From NCBI GenBank assembly GCA_965644265.1, contig OZ286467.1:55862001-55926000 (forward strand): a stretch of DNA of 64,000 nucleotides. Reading direction: 5' to 3'. This document shows positions 49,567 to 62,459 of this stretch, one piece after another. Below the pieces are notes generated by a model. That model saw nothing but the letters and a program-made list of their open reading frames with translations. It made no database searches and was not told where the DNA came from. Source of the DNA: Glycera tridactyla. Taxonomy: Eukaryota. The first letter of the stretch is position 1, and every line of letters starts with the position of its first letter. Made by a program: the position numbers and the translations under genes.

Positions 49567-52500
49567 GAAAAATTATCCAGTGTGGACATTTTGAGTGCAG
49601 ATGATCCCATTCAAAACTTCACAGAGATAATGCATGGTGTAGCGTTACAAACCATCCCCAAGACCTCTCCTTATCAAGGACAGGCTTCCAAACCATGGTT
49701 CAACGATGATTGCAGAGAAGCTATTGATGAAAGGAAACAAGCACAGAAAGACTTCTCCAGAAGACCTGCTGCGGACTTATTGACTGAGTACAAAGTACTG
49801 AAGGCGAGGTCTCGTAGGACATGTCGCAGCAGTAAGTGTCACTGTTGGAGGGAGTTTGTATCAGGACTTAATTCAAACACACCCATCAATAAGGCTTGGA
49901 ACATGATTCAACGAATCCGTGGAAAGGGTAGAGGCCCACGAATCCACCATCTAAAAAAAGATGATCATCTGATCACGCAACCTCAGGATATTTCGGAATC
50001 ACTAGCATCACAATTTGCACAAAATTCATCTTCTGAAAATCACTCAGAGGAATTTCAAAATTATAAAGAAAAGGCTGAAAGAAAACAACTTGATTTAACA
50101 TCTGATAATACAGAAGAATATAATCAGCTCTTTTCGATGACTGAACTAGAAACTGCATTGAATGCATCCCATGATACCTCCCCAGGGCAAGATGACGTCC
50201 ATTATCAAATGCTGAGACATCTGCCAGCCTGCTCTTTGCAACAGATGCTTGATATCTTTAACCAAATTTGAGAGACTGGATGCTTTCCCACTTCATGGGC
50301 AGAAGCCATAGTCATCCCCATAGCAAAGCCAGGTAAGGATCCATTTGATCCTGTAAATTACAGACCAATAGCACTCACAAGCTGTGTCTGTAAGACCATG
50401 GAAAGAATGATAAATAAGAGGTTGGTTTGGTACTTGGAGTCGAATGAATTGCTAACACCATATCAGAGTGGTTTCCGGAAGGGCAGAAATACACTGGACA
50501 ACCTGATAAGGTTCGAGACATTTATTCGTGAGGCCTTTGTTCAGAAGCAGCACTTAGTTGCAGTTTTCTTTGACATGGAGAAGGCTTATGACACCACCTG
50601 GAAATATGGAATTATGAAAGATCTACTCAAAATGAACCTTAGAGGCAGGATGCCCATTTCCATAGAAATTTTTTTGCGGGATCGGTCTTTCCGTGTCCGA
50701 GTTGGATCTACTTTCTCAGATGATTTCGACCAGGAAATGGGGGTCCCACAAGGAAGCATTCTATCAGTTACCCTTTTCAGCATTAAAATGAATAGTATCA
50801 TTGAATGCCTCTCCCAGGACACCAATTGCTCCTTATATGTAGATGACTTTCTTATTTGCTATGGAGCTAGACAAGTTCGGGTAGTGGAGAGGAAACTACA
50901 GCAAACCCTATACAAACTTCAAGACTGGGCGGACAAGAATGGCTTTAAATTTTCTAAACCAGAACAGTTTGCATGCATTTCTGTAGATCAACAAGGCATC
51001 ATGATGAACCTGAGCTCTTTCTAGGTGGATCAGCAATACCAGTAGTGGAACAAACAAAGTTCCTAGGCCTGGTCTTTGACCGACGATTGGCTTTCAAACC
51101 CCATATTCAGCAACTCAAAGTCAAATGCCTCCAGTCACTTGACATGCTGAAGGTGTTATCCCACCTGGACTGGGGGGTTGATCGGGAAACACTGCTCATG
51201 GTTTACAGATCTCTTATTCGATCTAAATTAGATTATGGGTGCATGATTTAGGGATCGGCATGCCCAACCAACCTCAAAATGCTTGATACAGTCCATAACC
51301 AAGCCTTACGCATATGCCTCCGAGCTTTTCGGACATCACCTACTGAAAGCCTACATGTGGAAGCCAATGAACCTTCACTTCATCTACGAAGGATAAAGTT
51401 AGGTCTCCAGTACTGTCTGAAATTGAAAGCAAACCCATCGAATCCAACACATGAAAGTGTCTTCAGGCCTAAATATAAACAGGAATTTCAAGAAAATCTC
51501 CATGTCATTGCTCCTCTTGGAATAAGATTCGAAAATCGCTTTGGAAGTTGTGACTTTGACACACTCCCAGTATCACAGATGGATCCTGCTCAGATTGCGG
51601 ACTGGGACTGTGACATTCCACAAACACATCTGGACTTGACTCAGTCCACAAAGGAGAACACCAACCCATCGCTATACAAAAGTAGATACCTAGAGATCAG
51701 GTCACGTTATAGTGATCATGAGGCCATCTTCACAGATGGATCCAAATGTGACAGCAAAGCATCTGCAGCTGTTTATACAGAATCACAAACCTATTATTGC
51801 AGGCTACCTGATTGGTCAACAGTGTTTTCAGCTAAACTAAGGGCCTTACTAATGGCTTTCAAATACTTATCAAGGTCGGAAAAACAAAAGTTCATAATTT
51901 CCACAGACTCCCTGTCATCTCTGCAGGCCTTGCAGGGAAATCTCAGGAACTGTATCCTCTTGCAAATCTTGCAAGAGTATCAAATAATCAAAGATCATCA
52001 AAAGACTGTTAGACTTTGCTGGATTCCGAGCCATATCGGAATTCCTGGAAATGAGGCAGCGGATAAAGCGGCCAAAAGGGCTTTAGGTCTGCCAGTCACT
52101 GAGATGGAAATCCATTATTCTGACTTCAAACCAAGAATAAAGCTCTATATTGACCAACTCTGGCAGAATGAATGGGCAACCAAAAAGCGAAATAAATTAT
52201 ATCGCATCAGACCAAAACTTAAGAACGGATTCCCTGTGAGAACTATGAATAGAAGAGAGGAGATAGTACTTTCCTGTCTGAGGATAGGACATACATATCT
52301 CACACATTCTCACCTTCTGAAACAACAAGGCAATCCTAATTGCTTTGCATGCGGATGCCATCTCACTGTCAAACATTTATTGCTCGACTGTAGAAAACTA
52401 TCGCAATCTAGAGTAAAGTATTACACTGTAGAAAATATGACACAACTTTTCATGAAAGTTGATCCAACAGACATATTCGGTTATTTGCATGAATTGGGAA

Positions 52501-52742
52501 TATTTAGACAAATATGAATCGTGTGCATGCTAACCCAGTGCATGCTGACTGGGATATCAAAGGCCGGCCGTGTATTTAGGAGCCTTTTCCTTTACGCACG
52601 TTAAAGATCCACTGCTGTCTTTTGCAAAGAGTAGGGACGGCCCCCGGCATGCAGTGACTCTTTTTCTTCAGCATTTTCAGTTTTTCAGTCCGATATAACC
52701 CAAGCAGGTTTAAGTGACGTTAAACTAAAGCAATCAAACAAA
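49567..52742 (+). mobile_element. 5'-truncated I-group (Nimb-like) LINE with TSD
   Basis: TSD CCTCCACAAAA at 49556-49566 and 52743-52753; ends GTGACGTTAAAC plus CAAA-like tail; encodes RT, RNase H and CCHC. Confidence 0.92.
49582..52517 (+). pseudogene. LINE ORF2 (RT, RNase H, zinc knuckle), disabled
   Basis: YRPIALTSC upstream, QSGFR, FFDMEKAYD, GVPQGSILS, LYVDD; FTDGSK, DSLSSLQAL, WIPSHIGIPGNEAAD; CFACGCHLTVKHLLLDC. Lesions: TGA at 50269, frameshift near 50970, TAG at 51249. Confidence 0.92.
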
Positions 52743-53104
52743 CCTCCACAAAAAAGTTCAAATCTAAATTGCCAGAATGAGGAGTGTGGAATAATCACAC
52801 CCATACTAATGGCATAGTCCTCTCAATATAACCCAGATGGTGCATGTGAGACATCAACCGATCAGTCAAATGAAGAATAAGCCTTGTTCTTCATCATCAT
52901 AAAGTAAGGGATTATTAGCCAAACCACGCAACCAAAGTAAAAATGATGTAAGTGTAAACGAGGTAGTAGTGAGAGTGGGAATCCCTCCCACGAAGATATT
53001 TCTCCCACAGATAGTGAATCAGTTGCTGTAGCTGTGCGGTGGACATTCATGTGATTCATGGAATGTGATCCTGACCTCCATGCCCGCCAAACACACCCAT
53101 GCAT

Positions 53105-53105
<1 letters not shown>

Positions 53106-53180
<75 letters not shown>
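53106..53180. repeat. (CA)n microsatellite
   Basis: Perfect CA run of roughly 36 units with degenerate flanks. Confidence 0.95.
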
Positions 53181-53184
<4 letters not shown>

Positions 53185-53625
53185 AAGCACACACATACCC
53201 ACGCCCATACCCACGCACACACCCACGTATACACACACGAACGCACACAAACTCACCCACACTCACACACGCGTGATTCAGAGGGACTGCATGCCACTAC
53301 TCAGATAGCATTTATTCGGTTTGAAATCTTAACCATACAGAAGAAATGGGTCTAACTGAAATTCCACCGTTTGTTTCTGATCTGTCGAATCCAAATATGA
53401 CTGATGCGTTTCCCATTCTCCTCCCGGCAATCCAGGCTCGATTGAAGTGAAACTCACTGACAGGCTTTGTTGACATGTCTGGCGAAAAGAAATCTGATCA
53501 AGATGATACAAAAATATGTTGATTTCACGCAGTCCCCATAGTGACAGCGTTGAATGACCTCCATGATTGTACTGAACTATTTTCCGGGGAATTTCAAGCA
53601 TTTTCACCTTCCGTTTTATACCCAG

Positions 53626-54327
53626 TTTGTTTGTTTGTTTGACCTAACGTCACTTAAAGCCGCTTGGGTGTAATCGGACTGGAAAAACTGAAAATGCTGA
53701 AGAAAAGAGTCACTGCCTTTTGGGGGCCGTCCCTACTCTTTGTGAAAGACAGCAGTGGATCTTTGATGTGCGTAAAGGAAATAGCTCCTGAATACACAGC
53801 CGGCATTTGATATCCCAGTTGGCATGCACTGAGTTAGCATGCACACAATTCATATTTGTCTAAATATTCCCAATTCATGCAAATAATCAAATACGTCTGT
53901 TGGATTGACTCATGGAAAGTTGGGTCATATTTTCAACAGTGTAATACTTCACTCTAGTCTGTGATAGTTTTCTACAGTCGAGCAATAAATGTTTGACTGT
54001 GAGATGGCATCCGCATGCAAAGCAGTTAGGATGGCCTTGTTTTTTCAGAAGGTGTGAATGTGTGAGATATGTATGTCCTATCCTCAGACGGGAAAGTACT
54101 ATCTCCTCTCTTCTATTCATAGTTCTCACAGGGAATCCGTTCTCAAGTTTTGGTCTGATGCGATGTAATTTTTTTTGCTTTTTGGTTCCCCATTCATTCT
54201 GCCGGAATTGGTCAATATAGAGCTTTATTCTTGATTTGAAGTCTGAATAATGGATTTCCATCTCAGTGACTGGCAAACCTAGAGCCCTTTTGGCCGCTTT
54301 ATCCGCTGCCTCATTTCCAGGAATTCA
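53626..54327 (-). mobile_element. Inverted 5'-truncated copy of the same LINE (3' 700 bp)
   Basis: Reverse complement of ~52040-52742; ORF 53887-54276 with CFACGCHLTVKHLLLDC; element B at the 3' end. Confidence 0.9.
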
Positions 54328-54822
54328 ATAGGAAGAGTCGTAAAACGACAAACGAATCCACTTCTCTAGCAAGCAAAAGGTATCCGAACCATAAAATAGT
54401 AATGGTTTGGTACACATTTAAAATGAAGAATAAAAACGTTGATCAGAGTATTCTGGAGTGATTGGCTCTTTGGATCAGGGATTGGCCATTTTCCAACAAT
54501 CTGATCTTATCCCGACGATAAGACATGAGTAGGTGCGAAGGAGATTTTTCTCCTTGACATTTGAGAATGAATGTATGCCTACTTAACACATTTTATTTCC
54601 TCGAAGCAGTGAAGCACTTCCGTCTGATGATCCTGTCAGTGACATCTGGCTGGTAAACACATTTCTCTTGAGTCTATCGATTCTCAACATGTAACTGCGT
54701 CTGGCTATTTTGATGATGAGGATATTTGAGGACTGTGAACAAATCGACAACAGAAATCACCCCATAAATCTGGGAACTCTGATTATTTCACGATATGTTG
54801 ATTTGATTCATTGCTGCCACTG

Positions 54823-55033
54823 AACCCCCAGTGCATGCTGACTGGGATATTAAAGGCCGGCCATGTATTTGGGAGCCTTTCTTTACGCACGTTAAAGATC
54901 CACTGCTGTCTTTCGCAAAGAGTAGGGATGGCCCCCGGCAGGCAGTGACTCTTTTCTTCAGAGTTTTCAGTTTTTTTCAGTCCGATATAACCCAAGCGGG
55001 TTTAAGTGACGTTAAACTCAAACAAACAAACAA
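54823..55033 (+). mobile_element. Free-standing element B
   Basis: Starts AACCCCCAGTGCATGCTGACTGGG; TSD CTGCCACTG at 54814-54822 and 55034-55042. Confidence 0.88.
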
Positions 55034-55109
55034 CTGCCACTGGATGTTAATGGCTGGCCGCGGGTTTGGGAGTCTACTCCAATATGCATGGGCTTTGGCT
55101 TTGGTCAGG

Positions 55110-55400
55110 TAGAAATTAGTTAACTGATCCCATGTTCACTGCGTAACACAGTGGCAAAAATGAACTGACCCAGTGGAAGCCATGTGGATCAATCCCATGT
55201 TCACAGGGTAACACTGTGGTCAACAGTTTTGATAAGAGGAGTGACACCTTGAGCCTCTGTGAATCTCATAAATGTTCGCCTTCTGTTGGGGGGCCCAGAA
55301 GGAGGAGTCTTGAATGATCCCACTTGTAGCCATTGCATGGGCGTCACAACATAGCACAAATGGAGCTGACGCGACTTTAAAACAGAATCAACTAACCAAC
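55110..55400 (+). mobile_element. Family A copy (long form)
   Basis: AACTGATCCCATGTTCACTGCGTAACACAGTGG through GCATGGGCGTCACAAC-TAGC and CAAC tail. Confidence 0.85.
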
Positions 55401-55694
55401 CGTATGCATGTTGAAGAACCACCGTTATCCTGGCAAGGAGTAGGGTATTTCCCCCGATAGTCGTGCCTCATTTCCTCAGACTTTCCAGTTTTTCTGATAT
55501 AACCCATGGTTGAAAGGACGTTAAGACCAAACAAACAAGCATACAAACAAGCAAACGGAAAAGAAGCCAGTATATAGATAATCTGCCCATCTCTACTACC
55601 AAATTGTCTTGAATGACACCCATAGCAATTCATCATATTAAGGCTCAGAGACTGAAATAGTGTGGGTTCATGCAATAATTCTGCCTGTCCACAA

Positions 55695-55845
55695 CTCAGA
55701 AGTGTCTGAATTCTATAGATTATCTTCTGTTTGGGACCAGGGAGGAGGTCTTGTGAATGATGTCACCCATACCCACTGCACGGACGTCTCAATATAGTCC
55801 AAACAGTGCCACATCAGTCTTCGATTGACCAATCAAACAACCACC
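55695..55845 (+). mobile_element. Family A copy (degenerate)
   Basis: GTGTCTGAATT..GGGACCAGGGAGGAGGTCTT..GGACGTCTCAATATAG. Confidence 0.6.
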
Positions 55846-57001
55846 GCTCGTCTGAATCACGAAATTCCGAAAGATAGATTAGGATTATATTTTCTTACAG
55901 ATGAGGATTATATTTTCTAATTTTAGCTTCAGTCATCATTCAAAGCTCATAATTTTGATAATCCCTCATCGTCATGGGCGAGGCGGCAACTAAGGAAATA
56001 AATGAGAAACTGGCAATATACCGGGAGGCAGACAAGTATGATTTGTGAGAGGTCTTGTGGTTTGATCTGTATTTATGAGCGAGGGGGCCCCTCTGCATTA
56101 CCTCTTCAACCTATCACTCATTCATCATTCGACTAACCAACGATCGCTTCATAATAGCATATGCTTGGTTGGTGTTATGGCACATCGAGTTTATCGGACT
56201 CACATATCGCCCTCTGATGAAAGAGCGTCCTTGAATGACCCCACCATTGCCCATTGCATTAGCATTACAAAATAGCCCTCACGGCGCCGATCGATGTGAT
56301 TGTGCCGAAATTCCCGGAAATTTTGCAGCTTATAAAATCGCCAAAACTGCTTCAGGGTTGACAATCAGAGATGAAAATCCATTATTCAACTACCTTCGAA
56401 TTTAGCCACTCTCCCGAATCCCGGGAGAGCGAATTTCACTCTCCCGATGGGAGAATGTAATTTTTTCATTTGATCAGAAAGATATGAGTTTTTTTCTGTT
56501 GAGACAGAAGAGCACAGTTTTGACTTCTACAACAAAAACCCTATTCCATGCAAGATGGCTATGTATATACCTGCCCATGTTTGATTCCGAGTAACAAACC
56601 TGAGCAATAAATGGGTTGGTGATACTTAGATAGTCACTCACATGACGGGTAATTTGTAATTTACCTAAAAAATGTCTAGCTCTCAAGATCTGTTTTCCTT
56701 GCACTTTTGGAACAAATCGGGAGGGTAAATTTATTTTCGGGAGATTGATTTTTCAAGTCTACTCTCCCGACAGGAGGGTGACCAAACACGTGAAGACTGA
56801 TTATTCAGACTACGAACCGAAAATAAACCTCCATCTTGAATAACTCTGGGGCAGAATAGATGCTCAAAAAAGAAACATAAAATATCTTTGCACTAGACCA
56901 AAACCGTAGAGGAAAATTCCTATGAGAACATTGAAAATAAAAACAAGATAGTTCATCAGTGTATGAGGGAAGGGTGCTTATATCTCATAACTTGTCAACT
57001 A

Positions 57002-57165
57002 CAGAAATGACATCTTGAGTGCCTGAATTTCATAATTTGTCACCTGTTGGGGACCCAGAAGGAGGAGTCTTGAATGATTCCACCATGCCCATTGCATTGG
57101 CGTCACAATATAGCACAAATGGCCCTGAAGTGACAGCAAACCAGAAACAACCAATCAACCAACCT
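57002..57165 (+). mobile_element. Family A copy
   Basis: CAGAAATGACATCTTGAG..GGGACCCAGAAGGAGGAGTCTT..GCATTGGCGTCACAATATAGC. Confidence 0.85.
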
Positions 57166-57807
57166 TTTGAAAAGTGAAGAATTCCGAATTGGTTCGCATG
57201 CGAGAGACACCATACATTTGGACATTTGTTACTTGACCATGAATGAACTATCACGTATGGAGAAAAACAACCCAATGTGCGAAAAAAAACGACACAACCT
57301 CTCATGGAAGTTGATTCAACAGGACGCAAGCATGTTAATTACACGCAGGTGTTATGGTAAAGGCAGAGGTAGTGACAATCATTGCATATTGCCTCATGAA
57401 TGAAGTGGCGGGTGGCATGGAATCGCTGAGGTTTCTTATTTGTACGTATCATATGTATCATGCATATAGAATGCTGCAGGCATACTATTGATAAGTCTCG
57501 TGTCAAAGTTGGATCTCATCTGCGATGTGTAATAACAACCCATAGTGGACAACCTCATTAGCGGCAGTGACCTCGCATCAAGGACAAGTAGAAAAAATAC
57601 GCAGATGACTCACCAATAATGATCCGATTTTATTTCAAAACTGAGAAAAATGTTGATTTGTGTATTCTTGTCTCATTGGTCATGTTACTTCCGCCATTGT
57701 TCATCTGCGCAAATAAACTTTTTCACTGAAACTGGAATGAGTGGGCGGGGAGATATCAATATCACACGTTAGAATATTTCACAGCCATCAAATACAGCCA
57801 AATGGAG

Positions 57808-58030
57808 GTCAAGTCAGCTGATCCCTTGTTCTCAGGGTAACAATGTGGCCAACATCTCTGGTACCAGGAATGAAACATTGAGTGTCAGTGAATTTTCTGA
57901 AAATTCACCTTCCGTTGGGGCCCTGAAGGGTGAGTCATGAATGGTCCCACCCCTGCCCATTGCATGGGTGTCACAATATAGCATGTATGACGCTGACGTG
58001 ATGTTAAATCAAAAACAACCAACCAACCTG
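57808..58030 (+). mobile_element. Family A copy
   Basis: CTGATCCCTTGTTC..GCCCATTGCATGGGTGTCACAATATAGC..GTGATGTTAAA plus tail. Confidence 0.8.
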
Positions 58031-59544
58031 ACAATATGTTCCTACCACAAGGGAGGAGTGAAACACTAGTGAATGTGACGTCCGAACACATTTTCGTATA
58101 CATAGATACTCAGCATATAACGAAACCTGAATATTGTGCTAATTGGAATAGCAAAGCCCGAATCCCATATGATGCCATTATAAAGAAAATATTTGAACAG
58201 ATTCAACATATGAACGTAATTGATAGGAAGCATATCCTCGGGAGCACACAGACCACTCAGAATCGTGTTTCATGATATTCGAAAATGCCATATAATCAAG
58301 TAATCTCTTCATAACTACATATGCTCATCAATTGATGCTCATGAGACGTAAAGCAACTAACTAATTATTGGATAAGAATTAGTGAAGTGCGGAACTCTGG
58401 ATCTGAGAGAACTGAGTCCAGGTGTTGGTGCGTTACTGGAATCTCGAGCATGTGAATGCGAATAGACCCATGTGTCAGCAACATATGGAATATTGAATAA
58501 TTTGGTAATTCAGTGCTGTTGATGAGAGAACAAAGAGCAAGCCACACATAAATCTGTTTAGATGATGTGTGGGTAAATGTGTCGGAATTCACAGCCTATT
58601 TCCCCTTTTGAATCCTTATTTGCAACCCTCATTCAATCTGTTGTGAAATTGGTGCTGACTACCGAAAAACGCAGCATTTTCAAATAGCCTTGTTCCTCAT
58701 TTGTCATAAACAAATTTCAATCCATCAAAATATGGTGCGAGTTCCAACTGACTAGAATTGTGCTGATCACTCACAGAAGGCTCCCAGCTATCTGAAATTC
58801 ACCAGATCGGAATGGAGAACTCCAATCTATTCCAGAATAAACATGGTGTACTCTAAGCCACTTGTTCTCAAGTTATGAAAATGTTTTCCCAATGAGAGAG
58901 TATGTCAGGTTAGGAGCAGAGCTTCTATATTGTGAACATTGAATATATTTTCATGCTCGGAAATGCAGGTAGTTGTTGAGCAAATTCTTGGAAATGCAGA
59001 TAGTTGATTGAGCAAATTTTTCAATATACACCTTGGTGGTCTTGTTCATTGTCTTCTCTCTTCGTTTAGGCTGAGCGCATGGTATGAAACAACATTTAAT
59101 CGGTACCAGGGCTGTAAGAATCAGTGCATAAATGACACTTGTTTCAAACTGCAAACCAATTTGATAATTCCTCTTGTCAAAGTCAGAACTCGGGCCACAT
59201 TGGTATCTTGGAATGAAAAAGGAAAATAGCAATCGTATTGTAACTACTCGTCTATATTACAGTTTGGACCACCTGCCACCGCCAGATGTGGGGAAGTGGC
59301 TATTGTCACTTTTGGTTAATTTTATTTCATTCGTGGGGGAGGGTTTAGGGGTAGGGGTTTTGTAGGTCTATGTGAGAATGGAGCACGATGCTTGGTGGGG
59401 GCATTCGGTTGGAGCCAAATAATGATTGTGGATTTTTAGGCATCAGCCTGTGTTCAACATGGATGCTCCAATGTCCACCCACGGACCACCCACCTTGAAT
59501 GCTTGGTTAACACATCTACAGTGAGCTGATCTTATGTTCTTTAT

Positions 59545-59832
59545 GGATTACAGTGGCCAAAATTGCCCGACCGACAGAAAGGACACCAAATCAATTCCAT
59601 ATGCATTGGGCAACACTGCTGTCAACTTTTTCAGTGACAGAAATGACATACTGAGTGTGTGTGAATTTGAACAAATGTTCACCTCCTGTTGGGGACCAGG
59701 GATGACGAGTTCAATGATAGCACTCATGCCTATTGCATGGGCTTCACAAAATAATATATATGACGCTGATGTAGTATTGAAGCAGACCCGACCAACTAAC
59801 CAACCAACCAACCAACCAACCAACCAACCAAC
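59545..59832 (+). mobile_element. Family A copy
   Basis: TACAGTGGCC..CAGAAATGACA..GCCTATTGCATGGGC plus long (CAAC)n tail. Confidence 0.75.
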
Positions 59833-60709
59833 CTCATCTCAGGTGTCTATGGATATATGAAAGACATCTTCCAGAAAGGACACAACAGATCGATTCTGTG
59901 ACTGATTTGTAGCTAACGAGTTGCGTGCTATTACTCCCCATTTGCACACCCATTTAAAAGGTTCATTGGCATTCACAATGTCGTGTGCACAGAAAAAGCC
60001 TACATCTTTGATCGTGAGTTATGAAGGTGGAGCCATGCTAGCTTTGATCTTGTAAGGCTATCTAATGAAAATATGTGCGCTGAAAAAAGTGCCACAAGAG
60101 TATAGACATTGTTCAACTCCGATGAAATCGGAACAACCATGATTTGTTCTAGATTATTAAAGGAATTTTCCCCATGTCCACATCATAATATTGAGTCCCC
60201 ATTCATTCATTTGAATTATTCAACAGCAACTGACATGTCAATTGAGGAGAATAACAATCGTGAAATGGATGTATCGTGATCTCAAACGAGAAAGAACAGT
60301 CCATTCAAACCATCTCAGGTATGTCATTGGATTGAATGCCATGAAATACAATTTATCATTCATAATGACTTACCATCTAACTGACTATAGACGGCCAAAA
60401 CACATTTAGATACTTGATTTGAAGAGGAGCTGATGGATGATTAGATTTGCTTCAGGATAATTTAGGGCAACCTTTCGAGCTCTTTTAGCTGATGCCTGAT
60501 TGTAATGCACACACCACTTGAAATCCAATACGGTGGGAAGTTCTTGTTGCTGTGCCAAAGCAAAATCCCTCTACTTGTCAATCAGTTGCATGAGAGAAGA
60601 AATACATTTGACACCTTCGAGGGTCTGTGAATTTCATAACTTTCCACCTTTTTGCTGAGAGCTCAGATGTCTTGATGCCATCCATTTCTTCGGCGTCTCA
60701 ATGTAGTCC

Positions 60710-60927
60710 AACCCAGTGCATGCCGACCGGGATATCAAAGGCTGGCCGTGTACGTAGAAGTCTGTTCCTGTATGCACGTGAAAGAAACATATGCACTGCC
60801 GTCTCTCGCATAGAGTAGGGACGGCCCCCGCCAGCGGTGCCGCTTTTCTTCAGCATTTTCAGTTTTTCAGTCCCATATAACCCGAGGTGATTAAAAGGAC
60901 CTTAAACCCAAGCAAACAATCAACACA
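60710..60927 (+). mobile_element. Free-standing element B inserted into a decayed family A copy
   Basis: Starts (AA)CCCAGTGCATGCCGACCGGG; TSD CTCAATG(T/C)AGTCCAA at 60697-60711 and 60928-60942. Confidence 0.82.
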
Positions 60928-62194
60928 CTCAATGCAGTCCAAATAACGTACGAGAGACGTAAAACAAGCGACCAACCAAGTGCTCCAAATAAACATGTGA
61001 TTATTTCTATTGGCTGTAGGAGCCATCCGTGATTGGTGGATAGACGTCTGAGCATTCATGGGGGACACTGCATTCAACGAGACAGATGGAGATGTAAGTA
61101 GCTGGACACTGAGGTTGGGAGTGAGTTATGGAGCCTACATTCAAATTAAGACAGATATGGCGGTAGTCAGACCAACATTGAAAGATTGATGCATAAGTAG
61201 GCCCACTGGTGCTACTTTGAACACACAAATCACAATGTAGAGAATAAATGGTACACGAAGCCTGAAATGAATTAAATTGTCGTTTACTAATTAAATAAAG
61301 GGCAGATATCTGTGGATCGGAAGTGCTTTCTCTAATCCTATGACTCAGATCTCTTTCAACGGCTATGCAATATAGCCGAGGTGGTGTTGACGAGAGGGAA
61401 ATCGCCAAGCAACTCACGACCCGACCATCCCAATCACATGGCTAATATATAACCCCAAACATCCATTCCACTTTCACCTGCAGCATCTTTCACACCATTT
61501 ACAGACACAGACACAGTTGGACACAAGAACAATGAGAAAAACAAATGTGAGGAAATTTTCATTGTGGTGTCAAATGGCTCATTTCATAGATTATATTGAT
61601 TCTTGTCCCAAATCAGAGATGACACCTCGAGTATTTCATGATTACTCTCTATTCTATTTTCATCCATGTATTATTGCAATGGTTACTTCCACTTGTAATT
61701 GGGTCGGAAAGTACTATTGTAGTCCATTGCCTGAGATGGATTTCATATGCAGGCGACTCTTGTCCGGACCTGGACTTTTGACCAGGGATGAACACATTCT
61801 TCTCGGCGCATTGCTCAATGGCATTTATTCAAAATTCGCTATTTCGTGGAGAAATGTTGAATGATCCCCTCACTTGCCCATTACATTTCTGTCTCAATAT
61901 AAAAGCTCAGCCGGTGCTCATGAGATCGTAAACAGTCAACCAGCTAATCAACAAGCCAATGATACCTGTCTCATTGGCCAGTATACCGAAAGATTGGACT
62001 GCCGTGGAAAGAATTATGCCGTGTTCCTGACATTTGGGAGCTGGATTCTTTGTCCCATGCAGGCACCACTCTCACACACTCTAAACTTTAGATGATGGGA
62101 ACCATTGAGGTTGTCAAATGGAAGTAGCTGCTGTCAAGTGGAAGTAGCTGCTGTTCGCACAAATAATGGTATTTCTGAATATGTGTCAGCTCAC

Positions 62195-62435
62195 AAATTG
62201 CTCCGCATTGGGTGCCATCTCACAGGTTGGGATGTATTGCTTGATTGTAGAAAACTATCACCCATTATAGAAAAGTATCACAGTGGAAGTTGATTCAATA
62301 TACATTTTGATCATTTGCATGAATAATGGGCATTTAAGCAAATATGAATTGTATGCATGCTCACCCAGTGCACAGCGACTGGGAGATCAAACGTCGGCCA
62401 TGTGAATGGGGGTCTATTACTGTATGCATGCCCCC
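62195..62435 (+). mobile_element. Old fragment of the same LINE 3' end, including the ORF-to-element-B junction
   Basis: GCHLT..LLDCRKLS; AAATATGAATTGTATGCATGCTCACCCAGTGCACAGCGACTGGG. Confidence 0.75.
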
Positions 62436-62459
62436 CACGGCTTCCACCTTTATGCGGTG

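Noticed and set aside
52862-53355. Cys-Val and His-Thr repeat ORFs
   Set aside because: Translation of the (CA)n microsatellite.
56355-56790. Possible hAT MITE with CTCCCGA/TCGGGAG repeats
   Set aside because: The left end CAGGGTTG has no convincing right TIR or TSD.
60000-60570. Exon-like minus-strand segment with a GTAAGT donor
   Set aside because: The frame is broken and no family could be assigned.
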